A stretch of 55,418 bases of DNA from Gammaproteobacteria bacterium (GCA_046565865.1 JBKHXU010000025.1:1-55418); one strand, 5' to 3'; shown: positions 28,144 to 38,900, counted from the first letter of the stretch. Notes: generated by a model not told the origin, from the letters alone. Numbers and translations are program-made.

Positions 28144-28240
28144 TTGCCCGCCGCGTATCCGGAGTGACGCATAGCGGCTGTTTACTCGGGGCGCGAAAGC
28201 CGGTTTAATCTGCGCCCTTTGCGGTACCTCTCGTTCCGAT

Positions 28241-29494
28241 ATGGCCCTTATCGTTCAAAAGTACGGCGGCACGTCCGTCGGCAGCCCCGAGCGCATCTCC
28301 GCGGTTGCGCAAAAGGTCGCGCAAATGCGCGCGGCCGGTCACGACATGGTTGTGGTCGTCTCCGCGATGAGCGGAGAGACCGACCGGCTGATCAAGCTCG
28401 CCAAAAGCGTGCACACCGACCCGCCGGCGCGGGAGTTGGACGTGCTGCTCGCCACCGGCGAGCAGGCGACGATCGCGTTGCTCAGCATGGCGTTGCAGCG
28501 TCAGGGCCTCGAGGCGCGCTCATACACCGGCCATCAGGTGCACATTTTGACCGACAACGTGCACGGCAAGGCGCGCATTCTCGATATCGACGACAAGCGC
28601 GTGCGCGACGACCTTAAGAAGGGTCGCGTGGTCGTGATTGCGGGGTTTCAGGGCGTGGACCAAGATGGGAACATCACCACCCTCGGCCGCGGCGGTTCGG
28701 ACACCACCGCCGTGGCGATGGCGGCCGCGCTCAAGGCCGACGAGTGTCAAATCTATACGGACGTGGACGGCGTCTACACCACCGATCCGCGCATCGTCCC
28801 GCAGGCCCGGCGCCTCGACCGCATCACCGACGAGGAAATGCTGGAGATGGCGAGCCTCGGCGCGAAAGTCTTGCAGATCCGGTCGGTCGAATTTGCTGGA
28901 AAGTATAAAGTTCCGCTGCGCGTGTTGTCGTCGTTCGAGGACGGGCCGGGCACGCTTATTACGTACGAGGAAAACGAGATGGAAGCGCCGCTAATTTCGG
29001 GCATCGCCTTCAACCGCGACGAAGCCAAGCTCACCGTGCGCGGTGTGCCAGACCAGCCGGGGGTTGCTTATCGCATCTTGGGCGATATCGCCAAGGCCAA
29101 TATCAATGTCGACATGATCGTGCAAAACACCGGCGCCGACGGTACCACGGACTTCACCTTCACCGTGCACCGCGGTGACTATGCCAAAGCGCTCGACGTG
29201 CTGCGCGCCGCCAAACTCGCCGCGCGCGAGATCAGCGGCGACGACAAGATCGTCAAGATCTCGGTCGTGGGCGTCGGCATGCGTTCCCATTCCGGGATTG
29301 CCAGCACCATGTTTAAGGCGCTGGCGGATGAAGGCATCAACATCCAGATGATTTCAACCTCCGAGATAAAGATCTCGGTCGTGGTCGACGAGAAGTACTT
29401 GGAGCTCGGCGTACGCGCGCTGCACACCGCGTTCGGCCTGGAAAAGCCTACGAATCGTGATACGGTTAAAGGGTCCGCAACCGCGAAAATGTAG
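28241..29494 (+). CDS. lysC: aspartate kinase
   Basis: IVQKYGGTSVG N-terminus, GGSDTTA motif, two C-terminal ACT domains. Confidence 0.95.
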   Translation: MALIVQKYGGTSVGSPERISAVAQKVAQMRAAGHDMVVVVSAMSGETDRLIKLAKSVHTDPPARELDVLLATGEQATIALLSMALQRQGLEARSYTGHQVHILTDNVHGKARILDIDDKRVRDDLKKGRVVVIAGFQGVDQDGNITTLGRGGSDTTAVAMAAALKADECQIYTDVDGVYTTDPRIVPQARRLDRITDEEMLEMASLGAKVLQIRSVEFAGKYKVPLRVLSSFEDGPGTLITYEENEMEAPLISGIAFNRDEAKLTVRGVPDQPGVAYRILGDIAKANINVDMIVQNTGADGTTDFTFTVHRGDYAKALDVLRAAKLAAREISGDDKIVKISVVGVGMRSHSGIASTMFKALADEGINIQMISTSEIKISVVVDEKYLELGVRALHTAFGLEKPTNRDTVKGSATAKM

Positions 29495-29645
29495 GGTTGG
29501 ATTGAACTTATGGTGTGTTGGGACGCCAGATAACGAGTGGCATAAAAGCTGCATAGAGATAGAGGTCAGGGCTGGGTTCCGGAGCGGCTTCGGTACAACA
29601 ATCCGCAACTTAGCGTATGGGGTAGCTGCCGGGCGCAGGCGCGCC

Positions 29646-29718
29646 GGAACAGGTGACGACAGCTGGAGACGACAGGGACGCCGATACAGACGGAAAAGAC
29701 TGAGGGGTAAAGCGGATG
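29646..29718 (+). promoter_or_regulatory. GGA-motif cluster in the csrA leader (possible CsrA autoregulatory sites)
   Basis: GGA at 29646, 29665, 29676 (ACAGGGAC), 29692 and 29714. The last overlaps the ATG. Three further GGA lie upstream in the 221 nt leader. Confidence 0.3.
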
Positions 29719-29937
29719 CTTATTTTGACCAGACGCATTGGCGAGACACTGAACATCGGCGACGATGTGCAGGTGACCGTGCTTGGTATCAAGGGGAACC
29801 AAGTGCGGATCGGCGTGAACGCGCCTAAAGAAATCCCGGTGCATCGCGAAGAAATTTACGAGCGTATTAAAAAGGAAAAAGAGGCCGGGTTGCCCGGCGT
29901 TCGGCATTCCAAGCTCGCTGAGCAAGACAAGGGGTAG
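29716..29937 (+). CDS. csrA: carbon storage regulator CsrA/RsmA
   Basis: [51 protein letters not shown] is near-canonical CsrA. Confidence 0.95.
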   Translation: MLILTRRIGETLNIGDDVQVTVLGIKGNQVRIGVNAPKEIPVHREEIYERIKKEKEAGLPGVRHSKLAEQDKG

Positions 29938-29991
29938 TCCTTCCTTTACGTGCCGGGGTGCAGCCGGTATCCTTCTCGCCGTTTCCGAACA

Positions 29992-30083
29992 GGAGAGATG
30001 GCCGAGTTGGTCGAAGGCGCACCCCTGCTAAGGGTGTATACGCCAAAAGCGTATCGAGGGTTCGAATCCCTCTCTCTCCGCCA
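29992..30083 (+). tRNA. tRNA-Ser (anticodon GCU)
   Basis: Hand-folded. Acceptor GGAGAGA/TCTCTCC, anticodon stem CACCC/GGGTG with loop CTGCTAA, long variable arm, T-arm GAGGG-TTCGAAT-CCCTC, encoded CCA. Confidence 0.93.
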
Positions 30084-30185
30084 TATGCCGAGCGATTTTC
30101 CCACGCGAAGTTTTTCCACGCTCTCGTTATAATCCGCGCTCGTTTTAATGTTTCGTCGCACCAGGGACGGCATGCAAACAATTTC

Positions 30186-30262
30186 GCGCCCGTAGCTCAG
30201 CTGGATAGAGTACCTGGCTACGAACCAGGCGGTCGGGAGTTCGAATCTCTCCGGGCGCGCCA
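30186..30262 (+). tRNA. tRNA-Arg (anticodon ACG)
   Basis: Hand-folded. Acceptor GCGCCCG/CGGGCGC, anticodon stem CCTGG/CCAGG with loop CTACGAA, T-loop TTCGAAT, encoded CCA. Confidence 0.93.
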
Positions 30263-30267
30263 AAAAA

Positions 30268-30296
30268 AGAAAGCCCGCGCAAGCGGGCTTTCTTGC
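30268..30296 (+). terminator. hairpin terminator after the tRNA pair
   Basis: AGAAAGCCCGC-gcaa-GCGGGCTTTCT (11 bp stem, GCAA loop), preceded by an A7 run. Confidence 0.8.
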
Positions 30297-30637
30297 GTCC
30301 GGGGAGATGAGAACTCCGAACGAGCTGAAATCCCAGCGACAAGCGCGGCCGCGGGCGACGGGCCCGCGAGGCGCGGCTACTGGTAGTTCTCTTTCTTCAA
30401 GGAACTGTCACTCGCAAACACGTGAGTAAGCCATCGAAGGTTTGCCACTCCTGCGAGAGTGGGAATTTCGTTGCCGTTTAGACGTCCGCGAACTACTGCG
30501 CACGCCGGTCGGCATTCAGTTGACCCCGCTCCGAGCTATCCAGTAATCTCGCGCGTGCGCGGCAGGAGACGCGCATCGGGCCAGATGAACGAATATGCCG
30601 AGCGCGTTATTACCTCACGGACCGCGACCACGTTGCT

Positions 30638-30922
30638 ATGGCTGACGCTTTGAAAAGCTGGCGGCATCTTTTTTCCGCGGTTCTTGCGCTGGGCGCGCGT
30701 GCAAGCAGCGTCGAATATCGGCTGCGTGCCGCGTACGTCAACGAATTGCAACGATTGTCCCCACACGAAGATCTCCCGAAAGAATTGCGCGCCGACTTCG
30801 CGGCGCTGATGAACGAAATTGCGACCATGTACAACAATCCGGACCGCGCCGACGAGCAGAAGGCTAGCCATCTCGCAAAGCAGGTGGTAGTTCTCTACGA
30901 CCGAGTGACACGTCAGTTCTGA
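30638..30922 (+). CDS. small hypothetical protein, tandem paralog 1 of 3
   Basis: 94 aa. Aligns along its length with the next two ORFs. No family recognised and no obvious Shine-Dalgarno. Confidence 0.55.
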   Translation: MADALKSWRHLFSAVLALGARASSVEYRLRAAYVNELQRLSPHEDLPKELRADFAALMNEIATMYNNPDRADEQKASHLAKQVVVLYDRVTRQF

Positions 30923-30929
30923 ATGGCCT

Positions 30930-31235
30930 GTGTCTTCCATGGACACCGATCGGCCTAGTCCGCTGGAGGGTTTGTATCGGGCGGTGGTAGTGCTCGTCTC
31001 GGGGCAGGGCCGTATCCAAGAGCGGTTAGCGGAGAGCTTTTGGCAGCACCTGTGCCATGTCGATCACACCGTGCTGCCACCGTCGGTGCGGGAAGACTTT
31101 GTGATGCTGTGCGCGGAGCTGACGTCGTTGTTGGGCAATTCCGACCGGGCCGTAGATATTGGCGACGCCAAAGCGGGCGAGTACGCGCGTCGACTTATTC
31201 TGGTTTATGACGCGGTTTTGCGCTCGCTGCCATAG
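30930..31235 (+). CDS. small hypothetical protein, tandem paralog 2 of 3
   Basis: 101 aa. GTG at 30930 (or ATG at 30939), 8 nt after the stop of paralog 1. Shares the motifs LY.AV.VL...G.I.ERL, LPP.VR.DF and ILVYD.V.R. Confidence 0.55.
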   Translation: MSSMDTDRPSPLEGLYRAVVVLVSGQGRIQERLAESFWQHLCHVDHTVLPPSVREDFVMLCAELTSLLGNSDRAVDIGDAKAGEYARRLILVYDAVLRSLP

Positions 31236-31326
31236 CCGCGTTACTTGCACGGTTACTCGTGCTTCGCAATAATTTGCGAGTGCCGACGACGACTATAAAC
31301 GCGCACGACGTAAGGAGCGAGAACCA

Positions 31327-31632
31327 ATGGTGGGTGTGCCCCAGTACGCCGGCAGGCAAAAACTTTACAGCGCATTGCTGATTCTTGCCTGCCAACCCGG
31401 ACCTATCGATGAGCGCTTGGAGACCGCCTACCGAATGGCGATCGGCTCGATCGAACCGCATCTCGATATTCCGCCGGAGTTCAAGGCCGAGTTCCAGCTC
31501 ATGCGCGAGGAACTGCATCAGGAGCTCGTGTTCGGTTCCCGCGGACCAAGTAACGGGCGCAAACAATGGGCCGCCGGCATGGCGACGCGCATCGTCGCGC
31601 TATATGACAAGCTGGCGCGCGCACAGCGCTGA
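31327..31632 (+). CDS. small hypothetical protein, tandem paralog 3 of 3
   Basis: 101 aa. AAGGAG (31312-31317) lies 9 nt before the ATG. Same motif set (LYSALLIL...IDERL..AY, IPPEFKAEF, IVALYDKLAR). Confidence 0.6.
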   Translation: MVGVPQYAGRQKLYSALLILACQPGPIDERLETAYRMAIGSIEPHLDIPPEFKAEFQLMREELHQELVFGSRGPSNGRKQWAAGMATRIVALYDKLARAQR

Positions 31633-31875
31633 AGTGAAGACGCTGCCGCCGCTTGCGGCGACGGTTATCGCGCCGGTGCCGGCGCCACCACCCCTCGCTT
31701 CATCTTTCAAACACTTGCGTGTCCGAAACATGGCGCTCGGTCCGTCGACCGCGCCACGGACCGCCATAACGAGTTTCTCAGCAGCCTGCTAAGGACATCT
31801 CCCACGGTTGGACCGTTGCTCAAGGACGCGCTCCTAGAGTATTTTCCCCTAATACACTCCCTAGGCGACGCAATC

Positions 31876-33828
31876 ATGGAACGGCCTTCCGGCGTGAAGG
31901 AGTCGGCGGTGCGGGCGCATACCCGTTTCAGCGACTTTGATATTTATCTCTTTCGGCAGGGGAGTCATTCGCACCTGTATAGAAAGTTTGGCGCCCATGC
32001 GGCCACCGTCGACGGTATCGCTGGGACCTATTTCGCCGTGTGGGCGCCCAACGCCGAGCGCGTCAGTGTCATCGGCGAGTTCAACCGCTGGCATACGGAC
32101 AGCCACGCGCTGTTGGCGCGCTCGGACCAATCCGGCATTTGGGAGGGGTTCATCCCCGGCGTCAGTGCGGGCGCGTTGTACAAGTATCACATCGTCTCGC
32201 GCTACCACGGCTTTCGCGTGGACAAGGCCGATCCGTATGCGTTTCAGTTCGAAACGCCGGGGCGCACCGCCTCGCGCGTCTGGACACTCGATTACGACTG
32301 GGGCGACGCCGCGTGGATGCAGCAACGCGCCGGCGCCAATCAGTTACAGGCGCCCATGGCGATCTACGAGGTGCACCTCGGTTCCTGGCGCCGGGTACCG
32401 GAGGAAGGCAACCGCTATTTGAGCTATCGCGAGCTGGCCGACTGGTTGCCGGCATACGTGCATGAGTTGGGCTTTACGCATGTGGAGCTGATGCCGATCA
32501 CGGAGCATCCGTTTTACGGCTCGTGGGGTTACCAAACTACCGGCTACTTCGCGCCCACCTCGCGCTATGGTTCGGCGCAGGACTTCATGTATCTCGTCGA
32601 TCGCTTGCATCAGGCGGGGATCGGCGTGATCTTGGACTGGGTACCGTCGCACTTCCCGAGCGACGAACACGGGCTGGCGTACTTCGACGGCACGCATTTG
32701 TACGAGCACGCCGACCCGCGCCAGGGATTTCATCCCGAGTGGAGCAGCTACATCTTCAACTACGGTCGTGCCGAGGTGCGCGCGTTCCTACTCAGCAGCG
32801 CCGTGTTTTGGCTCGATCAGTATCACATCGACGGCCTGCGCGTGGATGCGGTGGCGTCGATGCTGTACCTCGATTACTCGCGCAAGCCTGGCGAGTGGGT
32901 GCCGAACGTTTACGGCGGCCATGAGAATCTGGAGGCGATCGGTTTTCTGCGCACGTTGAACGAGACTGCGTATCGCGAGCGCGGCGATATCCAGACCATC
33001 GCCGAGGAATCCACCGCCTGGCCCATGGTGTCGCGGCCGACGCACGTCGGGGGCCTGGGCTTCGGTCTCAAGTGGAACATGGACTGGATGCACGACACGC
33101 TCGACTATCTCGGGCGCGACCCGGTGCATCGCAAGCATCACCACGACAAGCTCACCTTCAGCATCTGGTACGCGTTCGCCGAGAACTTCGTGCTGCCGCT
33201 GTCGCACGACGAGGTGGTGTACGGCAAGCGTTCGCTGTTCGACAAGATGCCGGGCGATGCCTGGCAGAAGTTCGCGAATCTGCGGCTCCTGTTCGGCTAC
33301 CAATACACGCATCCCGGCAAGAAGCTGATCTTCATGGGCGGCGAATTCGGCCAGGGACAAGAATGGAGCCACGAGCGCAGCCTCGACTGGCATCTGCTCG
33401 ACGACCCGCGCCATGCCGGCGTCAAACGCTGGGTGCGCGATTTGAACACGCTCTACCGTGGCGAACCGGCGCTGCACGCGCAAGATACCGACCCCGCGGG
33501 GTTCGCGTGGGTTGATTTTCACGATCAGGCACAGTCGGTGGTGAGTTACCTGCGCCGCGGCGGGGACCGCACCGTACTGGTCGTCGCCAACTTCACGCCG
33601 GTGCCGCGCCACAACTATCGCATCGGCGTACCGCAGGGCGGGTTCTGGCGCGAGCTCGCGAACAGCGACGCGGCGCTTTACGGCGGCAGCGGCTTGGGCA
33701 ACTGGGGCGGCGCCGAGGCAACGCCGATACCCGAACACGGGCATTACCACTCGCTCACGTTAACCTTGCCGCCGCTGGCACTTTTAATATTGAGCCCCGG
33801 CACCGATCCCACGCATGCGTCAGGATGA
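31876..33828 (+). CDS. glgB: 1,4-alpha-glucan branching enzyme
   Basis: [27 protein letters not shown]13 motifs DWVPSHF, GLRVDAV, EESTAWP, LSHDEV. The ORF opens at TTG 31816; the ATG at 31876 is chosen as start. Confidence 0.9.
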   Translation: MERPSGVKESAVRAHTRFSDFDIYLFRQGSHSHLYRKFGAHAATVDGIAGTYFAVWAPNAERVSVIGEFNRWHTDSHALLARSDQSGIWEGFIPGVSAGALYKYHIVSRYHGFRVDKADPYAFQFETPGRTASRVWTLDYDWGDAAWMQQRAGANQLQAPMAIYEVHLGSWRRVPEEGNRYLSYRELADWLPAYVHELGFTHVELMPITEHPFYGSWGYQTTGYFAPTSRYGSAQDFMYLVDRLHQAGIGVILDWVPSHFPSDEHGLAYFDGTHLYEHADPRQGFHPEWSSYIFNYGRAEVRAFLLSSAVFWLDQYHIDGLRVDAVASMLYLDYSRKPGEWVPNVYGGHENLEAIGFLRTLNETAYRERGDIQTIAEESTAWPMVSRPTHVGGLGFGLKWNMDWMHDTLDYLGRDPVHRKHHHDKLTFSIWYAFAENFVLPLSHDEVVYGKRSLFDKMPGDAWQKFANLRLLFGYQYTHPGKKLIFMGGEFGQGQEWSHERSLDWHLLDDPRHAGVKRWVRDLNTLYRGEPALHAQDTDPAGFAWVDFHDQAQSVVSYLRRGGDRTVLVVANFTPVPRHNYRIGVPQGGFWRELANSDAALYGGSGLGNWGGAEATPIPEHGHYHSLTLTLPPLALLILSPGTDPTHASG

Positions 33829-35815
33829 CGCGGACGCAACGACCGATCGCGACGCCGGGCGCCGCCGGGTCGTGATCGAAAATGTAACGCCATGCGTCGA
33901 TGGCGGCCGATTCCCGATCAAGCGCGTGCGCGGCGAGGACGTCGTGGTCGAAGCGGCGGCGTATGCCGATGGCCACGACGCGATCGCGTGCCGCCTGTGC
34001 TGGCGCAAGGACGGCAACGATCTGTGGAGCGAGACGCCGATGCAGCCGGTCGGCAACGACCGTTGGCGCGCGGCGTTCGGCGTCGATGAGCTCGGGGTGT
34101 ATCGCTATACCGTGATCGGTTGGGTCGATGCCTTCGAGACCTGGCGGCGGGATCTTGCCAAGCGTATCGACGCCGGTCAGGACTTGCAGCTACCGCTTTT
34201 GGTCGGCGCGCGGCTGGTGCAACAGGCGGCCGCCCGCGCCAGCGGCGCGGATGCGGCCCGGCTCGCGGGGCGCGCCGCGGCACTGGAGCGGGGCGAGGTC
34301 GGGGCGGTCGACGACGCGCTGGTCGCGGCAATGGCGCAACACCCCGACCGGCGTTGGGCGACGCTATATCCGACCGAGCTGCGCGTCGATGTCGAGCGCG
34401 AGCGCGCGCGCTTTAGCGCCTGGTACGAATTCTTTCCACGCTCGGTGACCGACGACCCCGCGCGCCACGGCCGTCTCGCCGATTGCGAAGTGCGGCTGAA
34501 GCAAGCGGCCGCGATGGGATTCGATGTGGTTTACCTGCCGCCGATTCACCCCATCGGTGAAACGAACCGCAAGGGTAAGAACAACGCCGAAATTGCGCAG
34601 CCGGACGATGTCGGCAGCCCGTGGGCGATCGGCGCCCGCACCGGCGGGCATCGGGCGGTGCATCCGGCGCTCGGCACACTGGATGATTTTCGGCGCTTGG
34701 TAAAACAGGCCAAGGCGCTCGAACTCGAGATCGCGCTCGATATCGCGTTTCAATGTTCGCCGGATCACCCATATGTCACCGAGCACCCGGAGTGGTTCTT
34801 GAAGCGGCCGGACGGCAGCGTACAGTACGCGGAGAATCCGCCGAAGAAGTACCAAGACATCTACCCGATCTATTTCGAGACCGACGCCTGGCAGCCGCTG
34901 TGGGAGGAGCTGACCGACGTCGTCTTTTTCTGGATCAAGCAGGGCGTCAAGATCTTCCGCGTCGACAATCCGCACACCAAGCCGTTCGCGTTCTGGGAGT
35001 ATCTCATCGCGCGCGTCAAGCGCGCGTACCCGGACGTGATTTTCTTGTCCGAGGCGTTCACGCGCCCGACGGTGATGTATCGCCTTGCCAAGCTCGGGTT
35101 CACGCAGTCCTACACCTACTTCACCTGGCGCAATACCAAATGGGATTTGACGCAGTACTTTACCGAGCTGACGCAGACCGAGGTGCGCGAATTCTTTCGA
35201 CCGAATCTCTGGCCGAACACACCGGATATCTTGAATGAATATTTGCAGGTCGGCGGCCGGCCGGCGTTTGAGATACGACTGATCCTCGCCGCCACGCTCG
35301 GCGCCAACTACGGCATCTACGGGCCCGCGTTCGAGCTGCACGAGAACCGCGCGCGCGCGCCGGGAAGCGAGGAGTATCTCGATTCGGAGAAGTATCAGAT
35401 CCGCGTATGGGACGTCGATCGTCCCGACAGCCTGCGGGAGCTGATCGCGCGCGTGAACCGCATCCGCCGCGAGCATCCGGCGCTGCATGCCGATCGCCGG
35501 TTGCGTTTTCACGATACCGACAACGACATGATCCTGTGCTACAGCAAGAGCACCGCCGATCTGCGCGATGTGATCCTGGTCGTGGTCAACCTCGACCCGC
35601 ATCACGTGCAGTCGGGCTGGGTCGAGCTGCCGTTGCAGGAGTTTGGTCTTGATCCGCATCGGCCATATCAAGCGCACGATCTTTTGAGTGGCGCGCGCTA
35701 CCTTTGGTCGGGCGCGCGCAACTATGTGCAGCTCAATCCGCACGGATTGCCGGCGCACATCTTCAAGCTCCGGCGCCATCTGCGCTCGGAGCACGACTTC
35801 GATTACTACCTGTAA
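33815..35815 (+). CDS. glgE: alpha-1,4-glucan:maltose-1-phosphate maltosyltransferase
   Basis: [20 protein letters not shown]-terminus, [31 protein letters not shown]. 14 nt overlap with glgB. Confidence 0.9.
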   Translation: MRQDDADATTDRDAGRRRVVIENVTPCVDGGRFPIKRVRGEDVVVEAAAYADGHDAIACRLCWRKDGNDLWSETPMQPVGNDRWRAAFGVDELGVYRYTVIGWVDAFETWRRDLAKRIDAGQDLQLPLLVGARLVQQAAARASGADAARLAGRAAALERGEVGAVDDALVAAMAQHPDRRWATLYPTELRVDVERERARFSAWYEFFPRSVTDDPARHGRLADCEVRLKQAAAMGFDVVYLPPIHPIGETNRKGKNNAEIAQPDDVGSPWAIGARTGGHRAVHPALGTLDDFRRLVKQAKALELEIALDIAFQCSPDHPYVTEHPEWFLKRPDGSVQYAENPPKKYQDIYPIYFETDAWQPLWEELTDVVFFWIKQGVKIFRVDNPHTKPFAFWEYLIARVKRAYPDVIFLSEAFTRPTVMYRLAKLGFTQSYTYFTWRNTKWDLTQYFTELTQTEVREFFRPNLWPNTPDILNEYLQVGGRPAFEIRLILAATLGANYGIYGPAFELHENRARAPGSEEYLDSEKYQIRVWDVDRPDSLRELIARVNRIRREHPALHADRRLRFHDTDNDMILCYSKSTADLRDVILVVVNLDPHHVQSGWVELPLQEFGLDPHRPYQAHDLLSGARYLWSGARNYVQLNPHGLPAHIFKLRRHLRSEHDFDYYL

Positions 35816-35861
35816 CGATGAAGCGGCCACTACGCCAACCCTCGGGCGCGCGGCCGCTCGG

Positions 35862-35917
35862 CCCTCACCCTAGCCCTCCCTCGCGCCGCGGGGGAGGGGA
35901 TGGGAGGGGGTGAGCCC
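35862..35917 (+). repeat. C-rich/G-rich imperfect palindrome overlapping the treS ribosome-binding site
   Basis: CTCACCC (35864-70) pairs with GGGTGAG (35908-14). CCCTCCC (35874-80) can pair with either of two GGGAGGG copies (35892-98 or 35902-08). The second copy is the Shine-Dalgarno for ATG 35918. Confidence 0.5.
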
Positions 35918-38900
35918 ATGGCCCGCCGCCCATCGCGACCACCGCCGCTGCCCGACGATCCGTTGTGGTACAAGGACGCGATCATCTATGAGCTGCACGT
36001 CAAGGCGTTCTACGACAGTAACGACGACGGTATCGGCGACTTCAAGGGTCTGATCCAGAAGCTCGACTACATCTGCGACCTCGGCGTCAACACGATCTGG
36101 CTGCTGCCGTTTTACCCGTCGCCGCTGCGCGACGACGGCTACGACATCGCCGACTACCGCAACGTGCATCCGGGCTACGGTTCGCTTGCCGACTTTCGCG
36201 CGTTCGTGCGCGCGGCGCACGCGTGCGGGCTGCGCGTCATCACCGAGCTAGTCATCAATCACACCTCGGACCAGCATCCGTGGTTCCAGGCGGCGCGCGC
36301 GGCGCCGCGCGATTCGGCGCGACGCAACTTCTACGTCTGGAGCGACAACGACAAACAGTACGCCGGCACGCGCATCATTTTTACCGACACCGAGACCTCG
36401 AACTGGGCCTGGGATCCGGTGGCGCAGCAGTATTATTGGCATCGCTTCTTTTCGCATCAGCCGGACCTCAACTTCGACAATCCGCAGGTAATCCGCGCGG
36501 TTTTGAGCGTCATGCGCTTCTGGCTCGACGCCGGGGTCGACGGCATGCGCCTCGACGCGATTCCGTATCTGTGCGAGCGCGAAGGGACCAACAACGAGAA
36601 CCTGCCGGCGACGCACGAGGTGCTGAAGCGCCTGCGCGCCGGGCTCGATGCGCACCACCGTGGCCGCATGTTTCTGGCCGAGGCCAATCAATGGCCGGAG
36701 GACGTGCGCCCGTACTTCGGCGAGGGCGACGAGTGCCATATGGCGTTTCACTTTCCGCTGATGCCGCGCGTGTACATGGCGGTGGCCCAGGAAGATCGCT
36801 ATCCGATCGTCGAGATCATGGAGCAGACGCCGGACATCCCCGATAACTGCCAGTGGGCGATCTTCCTGCGCAACCACGACGAGCTGACGCTGGAGATGGT
36901 CACCGACCGCGAGCGCGATTACATGTACCAGGTGTATGCCGGCGATCCGCGCATGCGGCTCAATCTCGGCATCCGCCGGCGGCTGGCGTCGTTGCTCGAC
37001 AACGATGTCGAACGTATCAAGCTGCTCAATAATCTACTCATGTCGCTTATCGGCAGCCCGGTCATCTACTATGGGGACGAGATCGGCATGGGCGACAACA
37101 TTTTTCTCGGCGACCGCAATGGCGTGCGCACGCCGATGCAGTGGAGCCCGGACCGCAACGCCGGGTTCTCGCGCGCCGACCCGGCGCGTCTTTTTCTGCC
37201 GCCGATCATGGATCCGATCTACGGCTACGGCGCGGTCAACGTCGAGGCGCAGCAACGCGACCCGTTCTCGCTGCTCAATTGGATGAAGCGGTTGATCGCC
37301 GTGCGCAAGGCGCACAAGGCGTTCGGTCGTGGCACGCTAAAGTTCCTGCGCCCGGGCAACCGCAAAATACTCGCGTATCTGCGCGAAACCGAAGACGAGA
37401 GCGTACTGTGTGTCACCAATCTGTCGCGCGCGGCGCAGCCGGTCGAGCTCGATCTGTCGGCGTACAAGGGGCGGGTGCCGGTCGAGTTGATGGGGCGCTC
37501 GAGCTTTCCGCCGATCGGCGATCTGCCCTATCTATTAACGTTGCCCGGTTACGGATTTTATTGGTTCCTGCTGTCGGTCACGGCGGAGATGCCGCGCTGG
37601 CACGAAGAGCGGCTGCCGCCGGTGGAGTTGCCGTACCTCGTGATGTTCGCCGGCTGGCGCACGTTGCTGCCGGAGGCGCTGGCGCCCGAAGAGCGCACGC
37701 TGCGTCCGATCGCGGAGAAACAGCGGTTCCAGCTCGAACACGCTATTTGGCCGCGGTTCGTCGGCGCCCAGCGTTGGTACGCAAGCAAAAGCGATCCGCT
37801 GCCGCGCGTGACGCTCGAGTTGTCGCACGAGTGGGAGTACGCCGGCCATAGTTGGCTCATCGCCATCGTGCGCGCGCCGGCCGAAGGCGGCATGCGCTAT
37901 TTTCTGCCGCATGCGATCGTCTGGGGCGACATCAACGAAGAGTCGGTGCGCCCGCTGCTGCATTGGGCGCTGGCGCGCGCGCGGCGTGGACCGCGGGTGG
38001 GCACGCTGCTGGACGCGCTTGCCGACGCCTCGTTTGCGCGCGCGCTGATCGCGGCGATGGCGGCCGATACGCAGCGGCCCGTCGGCGACGGCGCTCTGCG
38101 CTTCGTCTCGACCCCTGCGTATGCGGAATTTGTGGGCGACGACGTGAGCCAGCTCTCGGTGCGGCCGCTCGGCTCGGAACAGAGCAATTCGTCGGCGGTT
38201 ATCGGCGAGCGACTGATCCTGAAGCTCTATCGGCGGTTGGAGGAGGGCTTGAACCCGGAGGTCGAACTCGGCCGTTTCCTTACCGTCACCTCACCGTTCG
38301 CGCACATCGCGCCGGTCCTCGGGTATCTCGAATACCGGGACGCCGCGGGCACGCCGGTGACGCTGGCGCTGCTGCAGCGCTTCGTTGCGCACCAAGGCGA
38401 CGGCTGGACCTATACCGTCGACTATCTCGAGTGGCTGTTTGAGAGCCAACAGACGAAGCCGGCGTCGGCCGAGACGCGGCTGCCGGAGGAGGCGCGCCAG
38501 ACCTTGTTCATGGCGCTGGTCCAGCGTCTGGGCCTGCGCACTGGTGAGCTGCATCAGGCGCTGTCGCGCGAGACCGGCGACGCGGCGTTCGATCCAGAGC
38601 CGTGTACGGCTGCGGACACGGGTCAATGGTGGGAAGCGGTACGCGCCGATCTCGATCAGACGTTGGCGCTGGTCGAACGCCGGCGCGCGCAGGCGGCGGC
38701 CGAGCTGGCGCCGGATATCGATCGACTGCTCGCGGCGCGGCCGCGCATCGAAGCGTGGCTGCAACCGTCGCCGCTCGACGGCGTGCACCGGATTCGCATT
38801 CACGGCGATTACCATCTGGGACAGGTGCTGGTGGTGCAGAACGATTTGGTTATCATCGATTTCGAAGGCGAGCCTGGCCGTCCGCTGGCGCAGCGGCGCA

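Noticed and set aside
28144-28240. Lysine riboswitch in front of lysC.
   Set aside because: The alaS-lysC spacer is only 97 nt, too short for an L-box. It shows just one loose GGGCGC/GCGCCC pairing.
31264-31279. TCGCAA-taat-TTGCGA inverted repeat between triplet paralogs 2 and 3 as an operator or terminator.
   Set aside because: Only 6 bp arms and no T-run. Worth remembering if the triplet proves to be regulated, but not supportable alone.
30263-31900. Genomic island integrated at tRNA-Arg/tRNA-Ser.
   Set aside because: The region is more AT-rich and follows tRNA genes. However, I found no integrase and no direct repeat of either tRNA 3' end (TTCGAATCTCTCCGGGCGCGCCA or TTCGAATCCCTCTCTCTCCGCCA) elsewhere in the window. 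An island is therefore only a weak possibility, mentioned under the triplet finding.
34364-35830. 488 aa ORF antisense to glgE.
   Set aside because: Same reasoning. The glgE frame carries the diagnostic [10 protein letters not shown] and other motifs, and the antisense frame is low-complexity.
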